A DNA stretch of 64,000 nucleotides, from the NCBI RefSeq assembly GCF_001194135.2, contig NC_068982.1:124222313-124286312 (forward strand). The letters run 5' to 3'. The position numbers were made by a program, and so were the translations under genes. Position 1 is the first letter of the stretch; every line of letters starts with the position of its first letter. The DNA comes from Octopus bimaculoides. Lineage: Eukaryota. The notes beneath the pieces were generated by a model. The model made no database searches and was not told where the DNA came from. It saw only the letters and a list, made by a program, of their open reading frames with translations. Shown one piece after another: positions 12,501-24,400 of this stretch.

Positions 12501-15500
12501 TCTGACATTGAATTGTAAATTATATTTTAGTGAAATTAATTATTGGTTTCTCTTTTCCTTCACTTCAGATGATACATATGTCTGCCCTTGAAGATTTAAT
12601 TGCTGAGCGAGATGGAGCTATGTCTGGTCTAGTAATTCAGATTAAAACTAAAAATGAAGAAATCTTGGCTCTACGTGTTAAACTACAACAGATAATTGGA
12701 GAGAAAGACCAAGCTAAGGAAGAGTGCGTGTAACTGGTTAAATTTTTTGTAAATTTCTTGTATATTATTTAATGAAGCTTAAAATAATTTTGAAGTTGTA
12801 TTTGCTTGGCAAGGGACTTGATCTGAGATTATGTGTTGAAACTGAAGCAACTACATAATGTAAGAGACCTGTTAGCTGTTTCAAAACACATATCATCATC
12901 ATCAGCATCATCATATATTCATGTTCCATGGGCTAATGTTCATGGCATGGGTTGATTTGTTTGACAGGATTTGATGCATTCTTTGAACTGCTTCATGCTC
13001 CAGTGCCTGTTTTGGCATGGTTTCTACAGCTTGGTACCCTTCCTAATACCAACCACTTTACAGCATGTACTAGGTGTTTTTCACATTCCATTGCACAAAC
13101 CATTATATTTATTTCTGTTTTATTTCTTGATAATATTGTTTCTTAAAAAAAGGCGGCGAGCTGGCAGAAACATTAGCACGCCGGGCGAAATGCTTAGTAG
13201 TATTTTGTCTGCTGTTATGTTCTGAGTTCAAATTCCGCTGAGGTCGACTTTGCCTTTCATCCTTTCGGGGTCGATAAATTAAGTACCAGTTACGCACTGG
13301 GGTTAATTGACTTAATCCCTTTGTCTGTCCTTGTTTGTCCCCTCTATGTTTAGCCCCTTGTGGGCAATAAAGAAATAAGAAACATTAGCACGCCGGGCGA
13401 AATGCTTAGCAGTATTTCATCTGTCTTTACATTCTGAGTTCAAATTCCGCTAAGGTTGACTTTGCCTGTAACTTAGCAGTTCGGCAAAAGAAACCGATAG
13501 AATAAGTACTAGGCTTACAAAAAATAAGTCCTGGGGTTGATTTGCTCGACTAAAGGTAGTGCTCCAGCATGGCTACAGTCAAATGACTGAAACAAGTAAG
13601 AGTAAAAGAGATATATATACACACACAGACACACACACATCTACCAAATCTGCTCACAAGGGTTTGGTTAGCCCAGGGCTATAATAGAGAACACTTGCTC
13701 AAGGTGCCATGCAGTGTGGGACTGAACCTAAAACCATGTGGTTTTGAAGCAAACTTCTTCACCACACAGCTACATCTGCACCAATTTTACTAGATTTATA
13801 TTTTTGCTGCATTTTAAGGTAGGAATATGTTATACTTTAATTGATTAGGTTAGTGCCACACTGGTTTACACTTCATTTGAATAAACAATTGCTGAATTTT
13901 ATTGAAAATGATTAACTTTAATGTGTTGTAGGTTGTTAAGAAAACATGATGCAGAATTATCAGAGAAGAGTAAAGAACAAAATATGTTATCCCAACAAGT
14001 TAGAGAGCAAGAGAAAGAAATTCAGATATTGAAAGAAGAAATTTCCTGTGTAAAAGAAGCCAACAGCCGAGCATCTAATGCCAGTGTGGCGAAACTGACT
14101 GAACAATTAAGGAATCAGTTATTGCAGAAAGAAAATCAAATTCAGGTTAGAATTTTTATTTATCAAATTTAAAAAAAAAAAAAAAATGGAAGATGAGTTA
14201 AAGATTCATTGTTTGAAGAATTGAAGACTATTGTTAAGAAAAAAAGCTTTGAATATAATCCACTGTTTATGTAGATAACATTCTACCTCTTTTGATAGTT
14301 TCTTTTCATTTTTTAAACAAAATTTGTTTGATAATGTGTTGTTTTGTTAAGGCATCGAGCTGGCAGAAACGTTAACACGCTGGGTGAAATGCTTAGCGGT
14401 ATTTCGTCTGTCTTTATGTTCTGAGTTCAAATTCTGCGGAGGTCGACTTTGCCTTTCATCCTTTCAGGGTCAATAAATTAAGTACCAGTTGCACACTGGG
14501 GTTGATCTGATTGACTGGCCCATCCCCCACTCCCCCAAAATTTCGGGCCTTGTGCCTAGAATAGAAAAGAATATGTGGCTTTGTGTATAGTCTTGATTAA
14601 TATTGTTTTTCTGCTCACTCAACAGTAAACTTTCCCTCAATTATAACTAAATTTAAAACTGATCATTAGTCCTTTGAGTCAAGTTATATATGTTAGATAA
14701 TTGTTAGAGTTATTAGAACATTGGATAGAATGCCTTACTGTATTTGTTCTGACTCACTGTACTTGGGGTTTCTTTCTTTTGGAGTCAGTGAAAATGTACT
14801 AATGCAAGACGATTGGCAGTAGTGTTGGAATGTCAGACGAGATGCTTTGTGGTAGCTGTTCTGGTTCTTTGTATCCTGACAGTAACACTTTCAGTGACAG
14901 TGTTGCTGAGCTATATTGGCTGTAAAGCAGTGATCTGTTCCTTGGACAACATTGTGGCCTGAAGAGAGGAGTCTTGCATGCTTGGGAAACTGCCAGACTT
15001 ATAGAATCCTTGACCATGCTTGCATGTACATGTGCAGATACATGATCAGTATTGACCAATAGAGGCTCTAGTAGAATAAAAATATCCAAGTAGCTGAGAT
15101 AAATTATTAATAAGTATATAATTTATGCTGTTAACCCCATCTTAAGAAATGAAGGGATCTTTGTGTGTACATGTAAATATTGAAAAGGTCACCATTTTTA
15201 AAGATGAAGTTATTATAGTCTGAGAAATTATAATTTCAGTTTTTTTATGTTTTCTTATCTGAGTAAAATTTTTCCTTTTGTTAGGCCTTGAACAAAGCAT
15301 TGTCTAAAATTCGCACTGATTTGCTGGAACAAACAGAACTAACTACACAAATACAACAAGCAGGGAAGCAACAAGAGGCACAAATAAAAAAGAAAATTGA
15401 TAAGCAAACAGAAAATTTGTCTGTAAGTATCATATTTTAATTTATGGTTCCATGGGTCTGACTAAGTTTAATGAGGCAGATTTTCTAAAACTACATGTCC

Positions 15501-15620
15501 TTCCTGTTGCCAACCCTCACGTGTGTTTTAGCAGATTATTTGAAATGAATGACACTGCTTGTATGACAGTGACAATTGTTTACAACTATTATGTGATGTC
15601 AAGCAAGGAAACAAATATAC

Positions 15621-15657
<37 letters not shown>

Positions 15658-18141
15658 ATGTGCTTCTTTCAATTTCCATCTACCAGATCTACTCACAAGG
15701 CTTTGGTTGGCCTGTGTCTATAGTAGACACTTCCCTCAGGTGTCATGCTGTGGGACTGAACCTGACACTTCCTGGTTGGGAAGCAAACGTCTTAATCATA
15801 CAGTCATGTCAATGCCTCATCTAATTCAATTATTAAAAATGTGAGATATTAATGTGAAGACATGGTCATTAGTTTGTTTCATCCATCACAATCAAAGACA
15901 AGAAATGGAAACAAAATTGAAGGAAGAAGGAAAATACAAATACTAACACTAATAAAAATGTTAATAATAAAAATAATTACTTAAAAATATTTCAGAGTGA
16001 AATTGAAGAAATTCGAAGCCAAAATGAAAAACTGAAAACAGACTTGAAGAAAAAGCATGAGCGAGAAACTAATTTACAGTCTGAATTGGGACAATTGCAG
16101 GAGAAACTTGGTAAGGTTTAATTTAATAAATTTTTAGAAAAATATTAGCTTTAGCTCTGTGTTGTTGATGCTGTTGTCTTGCATCTGGCCAGCTCTAAAA
16201 GAGTAGAGCTATGATCAAAAAACATTTGAACCGTAGTCATTCTGTTTTTTATGAGAGCTATCTAAGGACTATAATATCTAGTGTGTTCCTCAGGACAGTG
16301 AGATGTGATTTAAGGGAGATTTGGCTGTTGTTTCTAGCAAATTGAGTGACCACTTACAGGTTCCCTCCTTGATACATCTTGTTCTAAATAGGCATTGGAA
16401 GTTGTGATATTGAGGAATAGATAAATATTTTGTTGACTTGCTGTAGAGAGTTGAATTCTTTCAAGAAAGTCTCTCTCTTCACCAAACATACCTACTGTAG
16501 CTATTGTCATCAAGTTAATGCTTCTGAAAACTGATATAAGCATTGGTTCTATGAATCTCTAATTTATGCACAAATATTAATTTATAGATTTGCCAACTTT
16601 ATTGTTAGAAAATCTCTTTATCTGTATGTGCATAGTGTGTGTGTGTGTGTGTTTGTTTGTGTGTGTGTAAACTGACAACAGAAGTGTCCTTTTTTTTTTA
16701 AGCCTGTTTATAGAATATTATAATTATTAATGTAATTACTGTACTGCAGATTATTATATGATTGAAGTGATTACTGTACTGCAGATCATTATAACCATTA
16801 CTGTACTACAGAACAGTCATCAAACTATTTTTGTACCATGGACTGGTTTTATGCAAGACAATTTTCCCACAGATCATGGATTCACATATGTAACAAAACA
16901 CAATAAAATGCATAATATATAATTTAATTATTACATTTATAACACATATAATGTAAAAACGCCCTGCTAATTGTGATGGTCAATAAAATAGAAGTAAAAT
17001 TTAAAATCAGATGCTGATCCATGTCCTGGTGATTGGGGACCCCTGTTGTGGAGTACTTATAAGAATTACTATGCTGTAGATAAGTGGTTCTCAACCATTT
17101 TTAACCTATGGACCCCTTCAATCCTTATTTTATTTGGGTGGACTCTCACAGCCATTCGATGCTTAAAAAAAATCTCATTATATTTTTAGAATTAAGTAGT
17201 ATTAGGAATTGCATAAAAAAAACTAAATATATTTGGCATATTGAAGAAGTATAAGCAATTTGGAGCCCCCTATGGTCATATGGACTCCAACTGGGGTCCA
17301 TATGAAAAGTTGGTTGTTGTGTGGAGGCACATGGCCTAGTGGTTAGAGCAGCGGACACGCAGTCGAGGGATCACAGGTTCGAATCTCAGACCAGGTGATG
17401 TGTGTGTTTATGAGCGAAACACCTAAGCTCCATGCAGCAGAAGGTAACGATGAACTTCTGCTGACTCTTTTGCCACAACTTCTCTCACTCTTTCCTCCTG
17501 CATCTAGCAGCTTACCTGTGACGGATCGGCATCCTGTCCAGGTGGGGAACCTATACGCCAACGAAACCAGGAAACCAGCTCTTATAAGCCAGGCATGTTA
17601 TGAGAAGGAACAAACAACAACACTAGTTGTTGTTCTGTAGACTCTTATAACCATTACTAACTGTTGACTATTATATCTATTACTATATTATAAGCTGTTG
17701 TAACCATTATTGTTTTATAGACTATTCTAACTATTAATGTACTGTAGATATAGTAATTACTGTACTGTAGAATATTATAACCATTACTATACAGTAGATA
17801 TTATTATAATTACTGTATCGTCATCATCATCATCATTTAATGTCCGTCTTCCATGTTGGCATGGGTTGGGCAGTTTGACAGGACCCAATGTACCAGAGGA
17901 CTTCATTGAGCCCTAAAGTCAGTTTTGGCATGCTTTCCACAGCTTGATTCCCTTCCTAATGCCTACTGCAGACTATTTATTACTATTATTACTGCACTCA
18001 AAGACATTATAGACATTACCATGCTATTGGCATTATAGTAAAACCAGATGACACCATGCCGTCAAAAATGACAGCTAATTGTAGTATTTTATATATAAAA
18101 AGGGTACAGAAAGGTGAAAAAAAAAAATCAAACAGTGCTTC

Positions 18142-18181
<40 letters not shown>

Positions 18182-18389
18182 ATATATATACATTTATATG
18201 TATGAGTAACACAGTCTGTAGCGAATGCATTTTCTATACTTTGTCACAGCCTGCTTCCTTCCTTTTTAATTGTGTCTNNNNNNNNNNNNNNNNNNNNNNN
18301 NNNNNNNNNNNNNNNNNNNNNNNNNNNNNNNNNNNNNNNNNNNNNNNNNNNNNNNNNNNNNNNNNNNNNNNNNNNNNNNNNNNNNNNNN

Positions 18390-18428
<39 letters not shown>

Positions 18429-21400
18429 GCATGTGTGTCTGTATTTCTATTTTCTATGTATCTTTCTAAATAAACATACACAAACACATATACACTCACT
18501 CAAATACATAAGTATATTTTACATAAATACACACATACATACACAAACATTCACATTCCTCTCTTTTACATGCACACACACACACACATATTCACACAGA
18601 GTTGAAACACTGTTTGATTTTTGTTTCACCATCCCACTTCCATCAGTGGATCACCCCTTCCTTTCTCATTCATATGTTGTGACGGAGAAATACACAAGAG
18701 TATTATTATAGTAGATTATCATAGTAGAAGATACACAGACACTGTTTGCCACTTCCTCTCTCTCATTGCTATTACTTTCTCTCACTCCCACTGAGTCATG
18801 GCTATTACTCTCACTACTTCCCCTTCACTAAATTACTATTTTCTCTCCTCTCCCTTCACCATTCACTCCTGCATGATTTTGGACAAATATATATTTATGT
18901 ACAAATATATAAAAACACTATGCTCATTATTATATTAGGAGATAATTATTGTACGTAGGCAGCTATCACATCCTAGATGTTCTTTTGAGTCAAAGGCAGA
19001 AGTCTGTGTTTGCTTGTGATTACATGGTACCCCTAGAACAATAATTGAAAGCATGGTAGATATTGGTTTCAAATTTTGGCACAAGGCCAGCAATTGCAGG
19101 GGAGAATGCAAGTCAGTTATATTGATCTCAAATGGTACTTATTTTATTAATAGTTATCGCCAAGCTAACATGGCAGTCCCAAAAAATAGGACGAATGCTG
19201 CCGTTGATTAGCTCCAAGAGGCCACCGCCTCTAGCTAGTTATGTGACACACGAACCTGTATCCATTATAACCTTCGAACAGGGGAGGTCAGCCGCTTCCC
19301 CTCGCTGGTCTGGCATCTACAGACTAGTTTCAGGGTGTTGCCCCTTATCAATGCAGAGCAGCCAAACCCAGCAGACTGTCTGTACGAAGGATTATTTATC
19401 TAATTTCAGTGGAATACATCCACTGGTTTATTGACTCCAAAAGGATGAAAGGCAAAGTTGACCCCAGTGGTATTTGAACTCAGAATGTAAAGTTAGAAGA
19501 AATGTTGCTAGGCATTTTTTCCAGTGCACTAACAATTCTGTCAGCTTGCCACACTAAGCATGGTATATATTATTAAGTGAAGCTTGATTGTGAAAGATAG
19601 CCACAGACTATTATAACCATTACTGTACTGTAGACTGCTAGTTATCATTATTGTACTATAGACTGCTTTATCTCTGGTAGTAATTATTTTAAACTGTTGT
19701 CATTCACAGAAAAGAAAAATTCCTTAATTCAGAAGCTAAAACAAGAAAAGCAGCAAAACAATCATCAAATTACTGAACTGGAGAAAAAAATTGAAAGAAT
19801 GAAAGCAACTTCACAGGTATCTACAAGTCAACTTCTTTTAATACAGAATTAAGTATTTTGTATCAAAGTGCATTAGTTACAGTGCAAAGAAAAACATAAA
19901 AGAAAAAATGAAGACATGGTTAAAAAAAACCCCCAAAAAACAAAGAGAATGTATTAGGTTTACACTCAGAAAAAACTAGAAGGAAAAGTTTTTAATGTTT
20001 TGAGTGAACACTTTTATGCTCTCCTAAAGAAAGATGAAGAGAGAAAAAAATGGAGAGAGAAAGGAACAAATGTGTTTCAATTTAATAATCAGTGCATGCT
20101 GAAAGATTAGACTATGATGATGATGGTGGTGACAGAGGTAGCGACAACTCTGCCATTCATCATTATCATCATCAATTTTATGTCTGTCTTGTCCATGCTG
20201 GCATATACTAGATGAAATCTATTGCCCTGAGAGAATAAAATATGAAGTTGACCTTGGTAGGATTTGAATTGAGATCACAAAGAACTGGAACAAATACTGC
20301 AAGGCAGTCCATGCTATCCAATGTTCTAACAAACTTGCCTGCCACATAGAGAGGTTCTCAGATTAGAAGAGTGGAGCTGTTGGGTGAAGCTGGTATGGTT
20401 ATTTAGATGTTTGAAAAAGTCTCAAAGTATTAAATAAACATATAAAAGAGGGAAAAATTCCATGAAGTGGAAGTCCTTAGAATGAAAGACTGTATATGGT
20501 GTTTGCTTGATGGGTAGGCTGTTAGGAAAAGAGAACACAGGTGTCCAGAAGCACAGTGGTAGGTGCAACACATGGGCCAAATATAGACGAAAGATGTGAG
20601 ATATAGAGTCTTTTAATGTAGTAAATGAAGAGACAGATAGGGGAATAAAAAAAGAATTGGAATTTTCTTTTGAAGGAGGGTTTATTGAATGAAATGAATT
20701 AGAAAATGCATAATATAAACAATACATATGTTTGAAATTATCATTTAATCAAATTTTTATTGTAATAGAAGTTGCAAGAAAGTGAAGGCCAAGAATTAAG
20801 TGAAATGCGTAGAAAAGTTTTGTTCCTAGAAGAGGAATCAAAGGCCCGTCAACAACAAGCTGAGAAACCTTATGAACAAATGAAAACAGAGAAACCAAAG
20901 GTGATAAATCTTATGATGTAATATTTAAATTTGTATTTCGTACATCTGTCATGTTGATGTAATTTACTTTTTGTTCTACACTTCTTTATGTAGAATGTTG
21001 AAATTATAAAATGGGAGGAAAAGAAAAAATGGGAAAAAACTGTGGAAAAAATGAAAGTTAAAATTAAAGATTATGAATCAGAAAATGAAAGATTACAGAA
21101 GGAAGTAAAACGACTTAAGACTGCATTAGACAGGTATTTATTTATTAATATTAATGATTTTATTGTTTATTGAAATTTAGATACTGATTTTTGCTAATTA
21201 TTGGAGGATTATTTTTTCCTTCTTGTTAGTGAACTTTCTTTCAGTTTAACCCTTTTGATACCAGTCCATTCAAGACTATCTTTGGTTCTATGATATATCA
21301 TGTTTAAAGTGATCTAAATTAAAACCTGCCATCAAAATTTAGTGTTAATTTATGCTCCAAACATCAGCTTACCCCTTTAGCATTCAGAGTAGTCTGTCAA

Positions 21401-24400
21401 ATGCAATGTGTATTTATTCACATTGTTCTGAATTAATCATGCATTATCTTGTAGCTTTGAGATTTCAATGATGTGATTGTTTATTTTTAGAATGACATTG
21501 TGGGGTAGGTGTGAGGAACCACATTTGACCAATTTGAACATAAAATAGGTAGAACATTTAGGCTAAATATGGCTTGTTTAAATGCTAAAGGGTTAATAAT
21601 GTCAAGGCTATTTTACTAAATTCTTCATTATTTTCATAATCAATTGAAACAAAGAATGTATTTCAACAGAAATTTGGTAACAAAAAGGTTAATGCATCAA
21701 AATCTCAGATTATTTCAGATTATATGTTTAAATTTAATTGTACAATCTGTTCTGATTATCTGCTAATAAAATCTGTTAATAATGCTTTTTTTNNNNNNNN
21801 NNNNNNNNNNNNNNNNNNNNNNNNNNNNNNNNNNNNNNNNNNNNNNNNNNNNNNNNNNNNNNNNNNNNNNNNNNNNNNNNNNNNNNNNNNNNNNNNNNNN
21901 NNNNNNNNNNNNNNNNNNNNNNNNNNNNNNNNNNNNNNNNNNNNNNNNNNNNNNNNNNNNNNNNNNNNNNNNNNNNNNNNNNNNNNNNNNNNNNNNNNNN
22001 NNNNNNNNNNNNNNNNNNNNNNNNNNNNNNNNNNNNNNNNNNNNNNNNNNNNNNNNNNNNNNNNNNNNNNNNNNNNNNNNNNNNNNNNNNNNNNNNNNNN
22101 NNNNNNNNNNNNNNNNNNNNNNNNNNNNNNNNNNNNNNNNNNNNNNNNNNNNNNNNNNNNNNNNNNNNNNNNNNNNNNNNNNNNNNNNNNNNNNNNNNNN
22201 NNNNNNNNNNNNNNNNNNNNNNNNNNNNNNNNNNNNNNNNNNNNNNNNNNNNNNNNNNNNNNNNNNNNNNNNNNNNNNNNNNNNNNNNNNNNNNNNNNNN
22301 NNNNNNNNNNNNNNNNNNNNNNNNNNNNNNNNNNNNNNNNNNNNNNNNNNNNNNNNNNCAGACACAGTTGATTACAGCTGATTTTATAAGATTTAAAGGA
22401 AAGGACGTTAAAAAAAAAAATGAAATTATGAAAATTACAAAAAAAAAAATCTTTTATAAAAATCTTTAATGTTGTTTCTGGTGTTACAGATTTCAAAACT
22501 GAATCGAAAATTATCAAAACATGAAGATCAAATGGTTAAAGAAGTTGCTGAAGAAAATAAACACCTTTTGAAACAAGTGGAAGAATTAAAAAAGGCACTT
22601 GATTCTAAATTCTTGGAAGGAAAGGTTTGTTTCAATGAAAAAGTTTATACTTTGATAAAGATCTTCCAAAAAAAAAAAAAAAACCCCCAAAAATGTAATT
22701 TTTAGGAACCAAGGAAGTGAGCATTTGTAGCAATTAAATATTGTAGTGTAGCTGATATGTGCTAGTTTCAAATAATTATGAGTATCTTAACCTGTATTTG
22801 TTAACCCTTAACCCAGTCTTAGAATTTTGTCTGCAGCTGTATCTTTTACATAATAAACTTTGGTTTAATTATGCAAAGGAAACGATTGCAGACATGGCTG
22901 CTTTTCACATTTTAAATGTCACTTAGAGGAGAACACTTAAAGTTAAGGATACTCAAATGACTAGAATATATATAGTTCTACCATATGTCACTTTGTTTTT
23001 CTGAAGCTAGGATTTATAATTAATGGCTTTGAATTGTAATGTATCTCAAGTACCCACAGAACTGTATACATACATTGAAAGAAATTGTTTACATCAATAC
23101 TGAGTATTAATTTGTCTAACCAATTGGAAAATAACCATGTGCTTGTAAAAAGATATTTTAAAAATGTAGGAAACATTGAAATCTTTTTAAAGAGGATTGA
23201 ATAATATTTATGTAAAATTTAAATAAAATTTATTGCATATTTTCTCTGTTATCAACCATTCCCTTTATTATGTTAAGTATAGTTATGTAGCACACTGTAG
23301 AAAATGTGAATTAATCTTACATGACAAAGTTTTTTTGCATTTGATCTGAAATAATTCTAGGATTATGAGCTGAAGGGTCTTACAACTGAAGACTTTTCAT
23401 TAACTTAGGTGCAGTTAAAATATTGTATACTAACTCTCAATAAAACTGTTTAGAAAACGTTCTGTGTCTAACAATTAAAATCACAGCTCATCATTTGTTA
23501 GATTTGCATGTTCTCTCTAGGGGTTGTTGTCACAAAATTCTTTTACAACTAAATTAGAAATATTTTCTTAATCAAAATCAAATCAAGATTGAAATCAAAA
23601 TGGAAATTGTAGTTGTGGCCGATGCCAGTGCCACCTGACTGGCACCCATGCTGGTGGCACATAATAAGCATCATTCAAGCGTGGGTTGATGCCAGTGCTG
23701 CTTGACTGGCTGCCTGTACCGGTGGCACGTAAAAAGTATCCACTACATTCTCAGAGTGGTTGGTGTTAGGAAGGGTATCCAGCTGTAGAAACCTTGCCAG
23801 ATCAGATTGGAGCTTGGTGCAGCCTACTGGCTTGTGAGTCCCCAGTTAAACCATCCAATCCATGCCAGCATGGAAAACAGACATTAAACAATGATGATGA
23901 TGATGGTGATTTGTGAAGGTGTTAATATTAGATGTATTGCCTTTCCCTTTGACAAAAATGGTGGCGTGGAGTGGGGAGACTTGTGTGCATGGATGACTGC
24001 TGGTCTTCTACAAACAACCTTGTCTGGACTTGTGCCTTAGAGGAGGACTTTCTAGGTGCAGTCCCATGGTCATTTTTGATGAAGGGAATCTTTACTTTTA
24101 CTTTATTAGGTATATTAACCTATTGATATATTGGTTTCCAATTTTGGCACAAAGCCAGCAATTTTGGGGGAGGGATAAGTCAATTACATTGACCCCCGTG
24201 ATCAAGTAGTACTTATTTTATTTACCTTGGAAGGATGAAAGGCAAAGTTGACCTTGGTGGAATTTGAACTCAGAATGTAAAGATAGATGTAATACTGCTA
24301 AGCATTTTGCCTGGTGCGCTAATGATTCTGCAGCTTTCTGCTTACTGATGTAACATGTTAATACTACATATGTTTATGTGTTGATACGACTTATTGATAT

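Noticed and set aside
14799-15089. 96-aa minus-strand ORF, possible LINE RT fragment
   Set aside because: Only a faint YRPISL-like resemblance that needs frameshifts; not supportable without a search.
17321-17395. tRNA-like sequences (also at 52559, 40650, 50213)
   Set aside because: A/B boxes are present but acceptor stems are incomplete and each continues into a SINE body, so they are not tRNA genes.
21724-22517. Long poly-X ORFs (also 18148-18499 and 39171-39571)
   Set aside because: Produced by N runs and dinucleotide repeats.
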